The notes under the pieces are model-generated. The model was not told the DNA's origin. It saw nothing but the letters and a program-made list of their open reading frames with translations, and ran no database searches. The translations under genes were made by a program, and so were the position numbers. A stretch of 62,064 nt of DNA, counting the filler, from Dimargaris cristalligena (Eukaryota), in NCBI GenBank assembly GCA_003614675.1. It is 18 parts of 18 records of this genome, joined end to end, with 100 filler letters (N's around TTAATTAATTAA, not from the genome) between each part and the next. Parts side by side here need not be neighbours in the genome. Positions count along the whole stretch, not along the records: positions 48,444 to 51,777 come from ML003979.1; positions 51,878 to 55,208 come from ML003980.1; positions 55,309 to 58,637 come from ML003981.1; positions 58,738 to 62,064 come from ML003982.1; 14 more parts are not named here. One strand, given 5' to 3'. This document shows, in pieces, positions 48,444-61,674 of this stretch (position 1 is its first letter; the number at the start of each line of letters is the position of its first letter).

Positions 48444-51400
48444 CCCCCAGCCCATGTGGGACCAATACCGCCTCCGCCTGCCAGATGGCATTGTGTTACA
48501 AGGACAGCCCAGTAGTGGCCGCACTGCACAGAACCTAGAGTCCTTGTCCCTGTTTAGTCGAAGAATAATTGAAAGCCAACCCCTGTCAAATGAATCGCCT
48601 GTATTGCCATTGTCGAATGGCTGTTGTAACACGTCTGTTACTGTTGATGCCCCGAGATTGTTATCGCCGAATTACCCGTTGTCTGCCACTGATTTTTCGA
48701 AATCATCGGAAAAGTCACGTGATCTATCAGTCACTATTGATGCAACCATATCGACGCTGAGATATGGTACCCCGACTGCCACTGTTGTTTGCCCGAACCT
48801 GCCGCCTATGCCCTGTGAATTATCTGAAGCCGCGAATGCTGTCAGACCGCCGATTGTGCCTGGTGACCTGCCTGTCACTGCTGATATCGCCGAAATATCA
48901 AGAACTGCGAATTTAATATCTAGAAGCCCTATCGTAGATATCTCCACCGCCGATTTAGCCACCGAAATTCTAGATGATGACCCAGTCCTGCTGCTTTGGG
49001 TCCAAGAAGCTACGAGTTCACCGAGACCAGCCTGCCCTGCTATCCGCCAAGTCCTGGACCGCTACTCCAAGGATGTTTTTGCACCCCTACCTAAAGGGTT
49101 ACCCCCGGAACGAAGTATTGATCACAAAATTGATACTGGGGATGCCACCCCCATATTTCGCCACCCCTACCGCCTGACTCAGGACGACTTGGCCGAACTG
49201 CGTAAACAATTAGCCGAATACACAGAGCATGGGTGGATACAGCCAGGCTCTTCTCCTTGGGGTGCACCAGTTATTTTTGTCCCTAAAAAGGATGGAAGTC
49301 GCCGAATGTGCATTGACTACAGAGCCTTGAACTCAAAAACCATCAAAAATCGTTACCCTTTACCCCATATTGATGAATCTTTTGCCCGTTTGGCAGGTTC
49401 TAAATATTTTTCAAAGATTGATTTGAAATCTGGCTACCACCAGATCCGTATTTCTCCGCAGGATATTCCAAAGACTGCTTTTAACACCAGATATGGTCAA
49501 TACGAATTCTTAGTCATGCCATTTGGCCTTACAAATGCTCCTGCCACCTTTCAAACTTTGATGAATTCTATTCTACGTCCCTACCTTGACAAATTTTGTA
49601 TGGTTTATTTAGATGATATTCTTATTTTCAGCACCAATTTTGAATCTCATTTATCCCATCTGGATACTGTCCTTTCCCTCCTACGCCAACATCAACTTGT
49701 AGCCAACCCTGACAAGTGTGAATTTGGTTTACGCCAAGTTGAATACTTGGGCCACTTTATTTCCAGTGCAGGTATCCAGGTCGACCCAGCCAAAGTCCAA
49801 GCCATGAAGGAGTTCCCAACGCCGACTACAGTTAAGACACTTCAATCATTTTTAGGATTAACAAATTATTACCGCCGGTTTATTGCTAACTATTCACTTC
49901 TAGTGGCCCCCTTAACTAATGCACTGCGGGGGAAACCTAAGGATTTAGTTTGGACCCCAGAGTGCAACTCTGCATTTGAAAAATTACGTATACAGTTATC
50001 TACTGCCCCTGTTTTAGTTTACCCTGATTATTCTTTACCATTCCACATTTATACTGATGCTTCTATTACTGCTTTAGGGGCCGTACTTATGCAGGAAACC
50101 AAAGAAGGGATGAAGCCATTGGCCTATGAGTCCAGGAAACTAAACCCTGCTGAGTCCCGGTACCCTACTGTGGAATTAGAACTGTTTGCCATTATTCATG
50201 CCCTCCAGAAATGGCGGCATTTCATTTATAACCAAAGTTTTACTGTTCATTCAGACCACAAAGCTTTATCTTTTTTAAAAAACACAAAGAAAATACCCCC
50301 TCGTCTGTATCGCTGGCTGGAACTCCTTTTGGAATATGACCCGGACATCAACTACTTACCTGGACAGCGACAGTATGTTGCCGATGCATTGTCTCGATGC
50401 CATGACACGTCCCTCATGGATCTCATATCTGTCATACCGGATGACTGGCCGAACCTTGTTGGTGAGTACATTTTGCATGGCTCAATCCCCTCGGAAGCTA
50501 CAGAAGAAACTCGTCACCTAGTAGCCTCAGAAGCCCCATATTTTCAGGTAGAACCACACACCGGCCGTCTGTTTCGTGTGGTTGATGGGATAGCAGTTCC
50601 TTATATTGGCCCTGGTCAGCGTCAAGTAGAGTTAGACCATTTCCATAAATCATTTGGACATGGAGGTTACAAATCTACCATTGAGCGCATGGTTACGCGA
50701 ACCTGGTGGCCAAAATGGAAGACAGAAGTTCGCAAATACATAAAGGAATGTCCAAACTGCCAAGTCACTCGGAGGGCATACCCTGATACACCCGTAGAAC
50801 CCACTGTACCAGCCCCAGTTATTGCCCCATTTGAACGGTGGGCCGTCGATTTTGTAGGTCCACTAGCGAAAACGCCGCGGGGAAACCAGTATATTATTAC
50901 GGCCATGGATCATGCTACAGGTTTCCCAATCTGCCGAGCTGTTCCTGAGACATCAGCACCGACCCTAGCCGCCTTCCTTTATGAAGACATTGTTACAATG
51001 TTTGGTGTCCCAAAAGAAATTTTATCAGACCGGGGTTCTCAATTTATGAGCCAAGTTTTCGCCGATTTCGCCAGCCACCAGCGCCTACACCATTTAAGGA
51101 CCTCTTCCTACCATCCACAAACTAATGGTCGATTAGAAAGGTTCCATCAGGAACTTAAAGGTATCCTTTTAAGGTCAGTTAGAGTCCCACGTCGGGACTG
51201 GGATATCCACCTGCAGGCCGCACTGTTTTCATACCGCACGCGCATATCCCGCATAACCGGTACATCACCATTTTTTTTATTGTATGGGGTTCAACCCCGC
51301 CTACCTGGTGATAGTATACCCGTACAAAGATCAGATATCAATATGGCTCTCCATCAAGAGCCTAGGCCACGTCTACAACAGTTGCAATGGCGCCGGCGGC

Positions 51401-51777
51401 AAGTTTACGATATTCGCCAACAAATGGCAAAACGGGCATTAGCAAAATTCAAACTGAAATTCCCCTTGTCCCCCCGATATTCAGTTGATGAGGCTGTTCT
51501 TGCCCGTGACCCCACTGCCCGTAGTCTTCAGCCAAAGTGGTTTGGTCCATTTCGCATCCACCGAGTCTTGAGATATAATACCTATATTTTAATGACACCA
51601 TCTGCAGAAATTGTCCCCACACCAGTCCATGCTAGTCGATTGAAGAAGGCCACTGTAACCACTGCCAACTTTCGGGCCTGGCATCTCCCTCGTAGGTATA
51701 CTCGGGTCTTAGGGGAGGAGAGTGTTGTGCCGCCTCCCCAAGAACCACAAACTTCGGCGGCACCTATTCCTAGGCCC
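48444..51777 (+). mobile_element. Intact Ty3/Gypsy pol (RT-RNaseH-integrase) with PPT 51711-51722 and 3' LTR start at 51723
   Basis: More than 1100 uninterrupted codons. YLDD, TDAS, SDHKAL, HHCC, WAVDF/SDRG/LERF, WFGPF. AGGGGAGGAGAG followed by TGTTGTG. Confidence 0.96.
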
Positions 51778-51877
51778 NNNNNNNNNNNNNNNNNNNNNNN
51801 NNNNNNNNNNNNNNNNNNNNNTTAATTAATTAANNNNNNNNNNNNNNNNNNNNNNNNNNNNNNNNNNNNNNNNNNNN

Positions 51878-51966
51878 AACAGCAAGTTTATCATCACCTT
51901 TCCCTTCTTATCACCTATCTTTTCAAATAAAGTTCAGTATTCAAGGATTTGAGTACAGTTCTTTAC
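51878..51966 (+). repeat. LTR family B 3' end
   Basis: AGCAAGTTTATCATCACC...CAGTTCTTTACA. Confidence 0.8.
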
Positions 51967-52461
51967 ACATTCCTTGGATAGATTTAAAATACTTATTGAA
52001 AGCACAGTTACTAGTCACGTGACCTGGACTAGTGGTTGCCCAGAGGCCTAATCAAATTCCTAAGTTTGGTTATATGGCTCTCCTTTCTGGCTAGGACATT
52101 AATGATTCGGACCCATTGCCATCTTGGTTGGTCTATTAGTAGTAAAAGAAGGCAGATAGGTAAAGGTAGTCCAACTATAGCCCAACTAATAAAGTATGTA
52201 GCTGAAATAAATAATGACTTCCAAATGTGATATTCCTTTCAAAATAAACCATAAATAAAGTACCACAGCCCAATTCATTAGTATTCAAAAGAAGCATAGC
52301 ATACTAAAACATAAATTTCACTATTTTCACACCAAAAAGTATATGTTCATATATGTTATAGCTAAAACCCTCTGAAAAAATAACTACAGTTCTACTAGGG
52401 CAATAGACTATTTTAACTTCATATCACTCAAATTTGATGAATTATCAACTCAAAGCAATAT

Positions 52462-53079
52462 TGTGGTGCCCCCACCACATTACTTTTTTCCCTATTTCCC
52501 CCTCTTTCCTTTTCCTTTTCCCTTTTCCTTCTTCTGTGTTCATCATGGGGTCACCATTGATTCCAATGATTCCAATGATCCATTGTCCTTCCTTTCCTTC
52601 CTTTTGCCAAGCCTTTCCCATGACTTGGCTTAGCCCAATTGGTCCATAATTCTGTCTTATGCATGAGTCATCTTGCTGATGACTAATGGACCATACTCCC
52701 TCTTGTTTTCCACTCGTATCCAACCTAAACCATTGATTATAAATAAACTCATGTCTGCTATCTTTGAAGGACAGACAACCTTGGCTCCCATTACATTCTC
52801 TTGACTTCCTTGACCCCTGCAACCCCTACTTGGAGTATCTCAATATCACCTTGGCTTCAAGTGATTATTAGTGACCTCCCAGTTTTCTTTCCCTTTTCTT
52901 TTCCCATCTTGTTAGTAGGTCAAATCACCTTGGCCTCAGGTGACGACCTAACTTTTTGTCAGTTTGGCCCTTCTGGCACTTCAATATTGGCACTTCAATT
53001 TTATCTCGAAAGACCCATTTTTTATTGACAATCATGTTTGTATGATTATCATTGATATTAGCAAGTTTTATAATCACCT
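52462..53079 (+). repeat. Gypsy LTR, 3'-truncated (probably the 5' part of family B)
   Basis: Starts TGTGGTGCCCCACC, is homologous to the reverse complement of 53939 downward, and ends in AGCAAGTTTATAATCACC as in family B. Confidence 0.75.
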
Positions 53080-53259
53080 AAATCAATTACAGGCCCATTT
53101 TAAATGACATAACAGTTGAAAAACAACATTTCCACTACCATACATTAATTATAATTAGTTGTGAGCCAAAATTAACATAGGGCAGCATAAAGAAGTTAGA
53201 TAAATATATAAGTTTTGTGACAAAAAAACACAAATTGGGAAAGTCTAATTTATGAATGG

Positions 53260-55208
53260 GACTTAATTCGTTATTGTCCAATCACAAAAATCCCCTAATC
53301 CCGACTTTGAATTACCAAAAGGACACTACATTTGACAAGTTAAACAATTGCTTGAAGGCAAGGTGATATTGAGGTGCCAAATTAGATGAAACTGGGTGAA
53401 AGGCTAATTAGCAGCTGAAGCCAAGGTGATAAAAAGGGACTTTTTGTGGAGTACAAGAAAAAATGAGAACAGAGAGTAAACTGAGTCGTAGCTAATAATC
53501 ACCTGAAGCCAATGTGGTATTAGTATTCTACAAGGGGGTCAAAGGAGTCAGATAACAATGTCTAGGAAGTAAGGTGCCAAAGTTGTCTGTCCTTCCAAGA
53601 GGGGCAGACAAGGGTTTATTTATATTCAATGGTTAATTGGGAAACAAAAGGAAAACAGGAGGGAAAATGGTCCATTAGTCATCAGCAAGATGACTCAGGC
53701 ATAAGACGGAAATATGGACCAATCGGGCTAAGCCAAGTCATGGGAAAGGCTTAGCAATGGAAGGGGAAGGAAGAACAATGGATCATGGGAATTCATGATG
53801 ATCCCATGATGAATACAGAAGAGGACAGAGGGAAATAAGAAAAGCGGAATCCCACCAGTGTGATGAGGACTGAGAATCATGGGACTAACATAGAAAGGAA
53901 GGGAAAGAGGGGAAAAGTGTAATGTGGTGGAGCACCACACTCTCCCTTCCTAAGAGAAGAATATATTCTTCAAAGGGCTAAGGGCAACTATGGGCTGGCT
54001 TCATTCTGGATGAATGGATGGGTTTCTTGGTGAGCTGAAGTTTGGTAGGGATTAAGGTGTAGGGGTTCCAACTAAGCTGAGAAGCAATGGTGAATGGGCC
54101 TAACCACCTTGGTTAAAGGTCTTGGCTGTGATGTTCTTGACCATAACTGAATCACCTGGACTGTAAACACGGATTTTGGGCTTGTTTGACCAGAATTTTC
54201 CCTTGAGGTTCCGATGTGCTGAGATTCTTGCTTTGAGTGCTTGGCTTCTGACTAACTGAAGGTTCAAAAACCAGCCTGTGGGATCTGGAAAATGAGATGG
54301 GAAATCAACAGTAGGTTCAATCTCTTTTAGCATATTAGGGGTGCCTGGGAGTCTGGGCTCAACACCATACAAGAGAGTAAATGGTGTAAAACCTGTGGTT
54401 CTGGACCTCTGAGACCTGATCATCAAGAGTGCGAAGGGCAGGGCTGAGTCCCAATTGAGTCTGGGGGAGCTAATGGACCTTCTGAGCAGTTCCTTGAGGG
54501 TCTGGTGGAACCTTTCTAGGCATCCATTTGTCTGTGGATGATAGGCCAATGTTTTGAGATGGTAGATTTGTTGGTACTGGAGGTACTGGGCTAGGGCGTT
54601 GCTCATGAACTGGGGGCCTCGGTCTGATAGGATCTCTTCTGGGTAGCCAAACTGAGTGACAATATCTTCATAGATGAACTTGGTAACACAGCTTTCTGTG
54701 GCATTGGGGATGGCCTTGGCAAGGGGGTAACTGGTGGCGTGTTCTATGGTAGTGAGGATGTACTTGTTGCCTTGGTTGGACATAGGCAGCGGCCCAACAA
54801 AGTCCAGGCTCCATCTGCAAAATGGCTCAAGTCTAAGTTCCATGGGAAAAGGTTTGTCTTGATGGGGCTGCTTGTCTGGTCTATGTTGCTGGCATGATGG
54901 GCAGGTCTGGACATGGTCTTGGACATCCTTCTTCCAGTTTGGCCACCAAGTCATGGTCTTCATTCTCAGGATGGTGTTCTTGTACCCAGGGTGGCCATGG
55001 CTATCGTGATAGAACTGGAGAGCTGTAGGCCTCCCTTCAGCAGTGATAAAGGGTACATCAACACTATCCACTCTCCTGTAGATCTTGTCTCTGACAATGT
55101 GAAATAAATCCACATCATTCTGGATTCTGTTCATGGTAGCCTGGGAGGTACCCACTGGCAGGGAGTTGTGCTGAACATACTGTGGCAGGAGGGTGGGCCA
55201 TTCTGGGT
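53260..55208 (-). mobile_element. Decayed Gypsy integrase (55155-54100), PPT (53951-53940) and 3' LTR (from 53939)
   Basis: HDSHGHPG...CPSCQ, WSLDFVGP, SDRGPQF, HPQTNGCLERFH. AGGAAGGGAGAG-TGTGGTG junction. Confidence 0.9.
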
Positions 55209-57478
55209 NNNNNNNNNNNNNNNNNNNNNNNNNNNNNNNNNNNNNNNNNNNNTTAATTAATTAANNNNNNNNNNNNNNNNNNNNNNNNNNNNNNNNNNNN
55301 NNNNNNNNCCGATATGGGACATATATAGTGAATCAATAGTCAATCAATAAACGTTGGTCTTTTTCTTTCCTTACACTTGTTTTAATGCTAACACAATCGA
55401 ATAACGCAAGCACAGAGCCCAGCCAATTCAAAGTTTAAAGTGCACAAGTGTAGTGCTGGGCGACGGCGTCCCCACGGCACTAGTGTTGGAAATTCATTTC
55501 TCCCGCCCCTCCGAATCTACTCTGATTGGTCCGTCCTAATACCCGGGACTATTATCTATTTATGATTATATCACCCTATACCCGGAACAACGTTTTTATC
55601 ATCATAACTGCTATTTCCAATACAATAAAACCAACCGCAGGCATCTAGCTTTGCCCCTTGCGGTTCTTTCTCTCTTCTTTAAATTATTTTAGTTGTATCC
55701 GAAGGCACTTGCGTTTACCATCAAATCTATATTTCCAACAACTAGGCCTAGGAATGCGAGTAACGAGTCCTGGTTTTCATTGAAAATGCTCTAGCCTTAG
55801 CGTGGCTGGCTCCCGGTCGATAGGAACAGCCGTACTTGTGGGACTGTCCAGCGAAATAAAAGATAGGTAATTCCAAAGGATAATTATGAATCGTTGAACT
55901 CCTTTTAATGACAAGCTTCTAACGTTTTTTAATGTCAACTCATTATAAAAATTGGGACAATAGCCACTAAAAAATAATGAATTAAGTATCACATGTTCTA
56001 ATTCATTATTATGGGTGTTTTGGCAGTCAAGGTGTACTATTATCTTTTGACACTCATCATATATATTTATCATATATTTGCCAGCTTGATAAAATGTAAC
56101 TTAACGCATTTAGCTTGCTTAGCTACCACTGGATACCAATGCCTATAGCTCGAAGCTAACCATATCATTCTGAAGGGTACTTTATATGTGGCACCGTGAT
56201 AGCAACAAAGTATGACATTGTCCCCAAACCAAACTATTCTTCCAATGTGACGGAAAGACTTGAATTCCACCCTTTTCCAATTGACTGGTTTGGAACAACT
56301 GTTAATGGCTCTTACTGCTAATACACCCTACCTGATTACACTAATTGTAGCACAGAAACCGGGTAGACTTGACATTCTACCTCTACAGCATTAAAACGTA
56401 AAATAATACAATATTAATTTGTGTCCACTATTGAGGGGCTAGGGCTTATCTAGTTACAAGTAACATGCCTTGGCCAGCTCGGCTTTTTTCAGTGATGTCC
56501 TCACTTAACTGCCGAGTTAACATTGTCTATATTTGGTTTAGTCGCTACACTATTCTCAATATCAATACTGGACTCGTCGACATTTATTCACAATTTTATG
56601 CTTCAATCTGCCTTTTTAAAGCCTAGCCAAATGTCATATCTAAAAAGTTGGTTATCCCCGCAACATCCCTCAAGTATATAACACTGTAAATATTCATAAT
56701 GGTGGGGACGCCGGCCCTGCCAATTATCCATATCATCTAATAGCCAGTTCCGCTAGAATTGGGCCCATTGATGTCAACACTCCTTGTTGCCACTTTTTGC
56801 AGTGCCTAGGGATACCCGCCATTCAATTCTTGAGAAGCCCGTCCATATATACTCACCACTTTATTTGAATGGCAATATTCTACCAACGCTTGTTCAAACC
56901 AAAAGAAATAGTGGTAACGAATTAATACTGCTCTGATGATGTATATGCCACTCTTTACTGTTTGGGACTCGGCCCCTTCCCGTTTCATCTTTTTATTTTA
57001 CCCTATTCTTCTTTAAAGATTCATGTACATGATTCTTTCACTTTCAACTATTAATTAAGGTATTAAAGCCTCAAAGCATTTTTCATATATTTTCGCCTAA
57101 GTCTTTTGGTATTCCATTTATGTTTATTTAAACACTGGTATACCCTCATCGCCTATTTAGCAGGGTTATTCTTAGATCCCCTCACCCACCACCTACAAGT
57201 CTAATTCATGGTCTAAGTTTTTTGGCCATTTCTGTAATTTGGTCAGGCCCCTCCTTGATTCCCTCAATCATTAGTCTCACCCTACCTGTAAAAATAACAC
57301 TATGTAGATGTATACTACTAATTGACTCAGTCCCCCTTTTATTCATTCATCCAGGTGTATCCACTGAGGAGGCTCATGAAATTGTGTTCAAATATACCCA
57401 CCAATCCACTAATACTTTGGAAGAAGACTCTAGTATATTAATACCATTGGGCCCCTATCTGCAAATACTAACTAAGCT

Positions 57479-58005
57479 TATCAGCCCTGCTAATCTGACT
57501 TAATCTGGACTTAATGATCATCCATCCTTATTAGGCCTTATAGTACTATATTAACCCTCCCATAGTCACCCCTGGTACTATAGGGCCATTATTTATTATA
57601 TAACCCTTCTCCTTCTGGCCCCAATGCTTTGCATCAAAACACTCCCTCTGATGATCCAAGACTCTTCTGGTTCCCATGAGAATCTTCTAGATACAAGGTT
57701 GTCTGGTTGGACTCTTTGTCTACCTATACCCTAGCCTTAGTAACATTTCCCTTGGGACCTCCCTCTAGAGCTATCCCTGCATATATATAACTGGGCCCCC
57801 ACTGGGACTGGTTAGTTTCCTTAGCTTATTACTACCCCCTGGTTTACCCCAATAAACTCTATATATACTCTCCCCTCCCTGTACTAACTAGTAAGTGTGC
57901 CCACTACATATCCCTTGCATTTACCTACACCTTTCTTTATTAGTTAGTACTATGACCCACCCTAATGTTAGTAGCCTACTTGGCTGAGTCTAAGCCCTGC
58001 CTACC
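57479..58005 (+). repeat. LTR family D, 3'-truncated old copy
   Basis: Homologous to the reverse complement of 36695-37222 and to 60862-61200. Confidence 0.8.
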
Positions 58006-58437
58006 ATTATGGCAAGGTGGACTGTCCTCCTATAGCCACACTTATTTTTTTATTATTATTACTATTATGCAGGGTATGAAGTGGTCTTTTTTTCTGGTAT
58101 AACCAGTTTTTTTCCTTCCCCTTTAACCTACTCTTTCCATACAAATTTTCCTTTTAATTTTTATATATTCCTATTGGTTAATCCACCCTTTTCATATAAT
58201 TGGGTATGTATATTTATGCATGATTATTAGAGGCTCTATAGTTTTATTCCTATCCTTTATTTTATTAGTTTTACTATGTGAATTCTTATTTCTTGCAATT
58301 AGTTATGCAGGTTCACTGCAGGCTTATTAGTTTTAATAATTCTCAGTCCTATACAGAGAATGGCCTGGCATTTTTTTTACTATAGAGCTGAAAGACTTAG
58401 CATTTTTTTAGATTAAATATGCACCATTGATGCACTC

Positions 58438-58637
58438 TGTCACCCGAGTTAACCACTCTTAGTCCGTCAAGAGTCTCGGGGATAGGCTTCTAACAGTAGG
58501 TGGGGCGTTGGACATGGCCAAGCGGGCTACTAGTGTTAGGGGGGGTGACAAGACTAACCGAATGAAGCAAGTGTAAGACGTAGGCGAGGTCCGTGCACTA
58601 GATGCACACTTACTGGTCAGTACTAGGGGGTGAGCGT
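58438..58637 (-). repeat. LTR family D 3' part, young copy
   Basis: Near-identical to 27455-27655, with the same assembly break point. Confidence 0.85.
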
Positions 58638-58779
58638 NNNNNNNNNNNNNNNNNNNNNNNNNNNNNNNNNNNNNNNNNNNNTTAATTAATTAANNNNNNN
58701 NNNNNNNNNNNNNNNNNNNNNNNNNNNNNNNNNNNNNTAGAAAGAATGGGTTAAAAGGGAAGGGAAAAAAACTGGATAT

Positions 58780-59030
58780 ACCAGACAAAAAAGCTGCTTC
58801 ATACCTTTTATATAAATATAATAGTCAAATAGTAATAATTTGTAGCTGTGGCAATCAAGGGGACACTCCACCTTGCCACAGCGGGCTAGGGTCTGTTCCT
58901 CACTAACACTGCGGCACACCAGGGGCAAAGAGTGGGAAAGGGCAGAAGTGTCAGGCAGGCTGGCCAGGGCAAAAGCACCCAAGGCAAGGGCAGTGACAAG
59001 GAAGGTCTTGATGAAAGAAGCGGACTGCAT
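58780..59030 (-). CDS. Small secreted peptide precursor, paralogue 1 (possibly pseudogenised; 3' end uncertain)
   Basis: MQSASFIKTFLVTALALGAFALASLP... signal peptide. TATAAAA ~130 bp upstream. Homologous to 61381. Confidence 0.6.
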
Positions 59031-60861
59031 TATGAAGAGGGGGAAGTGGGAGTTTGAGTGGGGGAAGGGAGGAGTAAAAACGTTGGACTGGAATGAAGAA
59101 GTGAGGTTAATGGATAGGATGCTTGGATAATATTGAGAATACTGGTGGGCGGATGGTAACCTTTTATATTGAATTACTCAGAATACAGTGACAGGAAATA
59201 TGAGAACTGGTTGGCCCCAAAAATGGTTGTCCCACCTTTAGTCACCAGCAATAAATTTACTATGCTTATGGTATTGGTATTCCTGGCTGGAATATTGCTT
59301 AGGTGCACTATCATCCATTTCACTCAGTACTTTCTAAAGTTAAGTTAGGGGAGTTGACCAAAGTGCTACTCTGCTGGAAGAGATGGGATTTAATGAGACT
59401 TCTCTTTCAAAGGTTTCTCGTAGAGGCTTTGTATTGCATCCTGTGACTCAGGGTCAGTCCCATCTAATCAATGGGGGAGACTAGTAGTATGTATTGGAAT
59501 TTCCTGGACTTGGGCCACCTAGGTTGTTGTTACACCCCTTGGAGATTAACAGACTTATTAGTCTTCTTCTTAAAAGCCATAATTCCCTTTGATGGGACTA
59601 TCCAAGCTAATAGCCATCCTCTTATGTGTTTAAGATATCCTACTTGACTTCTCGTAAACCATCTTTTCCATGGAGAGGATCAACCAATTGAGGGAACAAT
59701 ACAATGTGGTAAAATAAAGGGAGATGGTTAGGATATTCTATAGTGCAATTTATAGCAACCACTTGACTTGAAAAAAGGCTATCATGGATTATTTTTATCC
59801 TGCCAGAGGAATGATTAGCCAAAGTCCAATAGATGTTTTAATCAAAATCAAAGGGGAAAGCAGGTGAAGAAGTACATGCATCCTCTCCAACAAATCTACA
59901 GTCACTTGTTGGATTCTGCACCTTTGTTCACAAATAACAAATATATAAAGATGAGTATGATGGACAGAAGGGTATTGTTTTACTTCACTGCTACAGCCTT
60001 ATGGCCAAGGGAGAAGGGGAAGAATGTGTTTATTTACATCTTTTTGCAAAGGTCTGGATGGTGGTGACCCAGATCGACTAGCCATAGTGCCCCCATAGTT
60101 CTCCAACCTGGGGCATAGGTTTTTACTGTTTATTAAATATGGAGGCCAGCTATCCTCAGTTCAGTGGCTCACTTGTATAGGTGGGGGTGCACTGTAAATT
60201 GATGCAGGACAAACTTTGTAGCCTTACTTCATGGTAGTTTAGCAGTTTTGGTCTGTTACAGGATGGCTTATACTATTAGTTGGAAAGAGGATATGACTTT
60301 CCACCAGTTAAGTGCTGTATACATATTTGCCCCTAAATAACTAGCTATAGAGGTTAATATGTATATTTATATATATATATATATATTTAAAGGGATTCTA
60401 GTAGGGCCCATTTTCTAAGCCATGCAAACCAAACAGGGGCATTATGGGGTTAAGCAACAGGGTGGTCTGGTAGGCAGTTCAATAGTAGGGATTCCAGGAC
60501 CCATTCCAATTTGTCATTTCTTATAAAGCTGTCAATCTAAACTGTGTCATTATTGAGGGTGGGAAAGAACTGAATTTACAATATAGCCCAACTTCTCACT
60601 GTAATGCTATGTTGTATTGACTGTGCTGAAGCTATGCCTTTATTGCAGGGGTGTATAATTAGCTGAAGAGTGAAAAAGTAGGTAGTTGAGGAATTAGCTG
60701 ATTGTCCCCTGCCAACCTCAATAAATTAACATATAGTAGAGCATAGTCTGGATAGTGTTTTGTTGTTGAGTGACTAGAGAAATACACAATAAACTGGCCA
60801 CTAAGGAGTGGTAGCTCATTAACCTTCTGGCCACTCTAATATAAAATACTGGTATCTGCCC

Positions 60862-61259
60862 TATCAACCCTCCTAATCTGACTTAATCTAAACCTAATAA
60901 TTGCCCATCCTTATTAGGCCTTATAATGCCATACTAACCCCCCCCCTATAGTCACCCCTAGTACTATGGGGTCATCACTTATTATATAACCAGGCCCCAC
61001 TGGGACTGGTTCAATTCCTTAGCTTATTCATATCCCCCAGTTTACCTCAATAAACTCTATATATGCTCACCCCCCCATACTAACTAGTAAGTGTGCCCAC
61101 TGCACATCCCTTGCATTTACCTGCATTATCCTTTATTAGTTAGTATTATACCCCTATCCTGATGCTAGTAGCCTACTTGGCTAAGTCTAAGCCCTGCCTA
61201 CTGTTAGAAGCCTATCTTCAGGACTCTTAATGGACTAAGAGTGGTTAACCTGAGTGACA
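60862..61259 (+). mobile_element. Solo LTR family D (internally deleted) with 5-bp TSD TGCCC
   Basis: TGCCC at 60857-60861 and 61260-61264. Ends ...GAGTGACA. Internal TATA and AATAAA. Confidence 0.85.
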
Positions 61260-61380
61260 TGCCCACCAGTATTCTCAATATTATCTAAGCATCCCATCCA
61301 TTTACCTCACTTCTTCATTCCAATCTAATATTTTTACTCCTCCCTTCCCCCACTCAAACTCCCACTTTCTTATCCTCATA

Positions 61381-61569
61381 ATGCAGTCTTCTTCTTTCAT
61401 CAAGACCTTCCTTTTCACTGCCCTTGCCATGCATGCTTTTGCCCTGGCCAGCCTGCCTAATACTTATGCCCTTACCCACTCTTTGCCCCTGGTGCACTGT
61501 AGAGGTAATGAGGAAAAGACCCTCATCTGCTGTGATGCCAAGAGGGGAAAGGGCTTCACCCAGAATTAG
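61381..61569 (+). pseudogene. Small secreted peptide precursor, paralogue 2 (probably decayed)
   Basis: MQSSSFIKTFLFTALAMHAFALASLP... The coding start and 120-bp leader align with the reverse complement of 58880-59150. Confidence 0.6.
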
Positions 61570-61674
61570 GCCTATAGCATATATGACAAACTACCCCCAT
61601 CCTCCACCCCAAAGTGACAAGACCAACACCCCTCCCTCCAGTTTCTGGCCACTATTTCCAGCAACATTACCATC

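Noticed and set aside
55448-55486. Helitron 3' end (GC hairpin + CTAG)
   Set aside because: The hairpin is weak, there is a single occurrence, and no 5' end or Rep/helicase remnant is visible.
55777-56270. Adjacent minus-strand ORFs as an operon-like pair
   Set aside because: AT-rich, no motifs and no coding-like bias.
3382-58737. Regularly spaced TTAATTAATTAA palindromes (~3.45-kb period) as a biological array
   Set aside because: They are embedded in N runs of fixed length and are an artificial concatenation linker.
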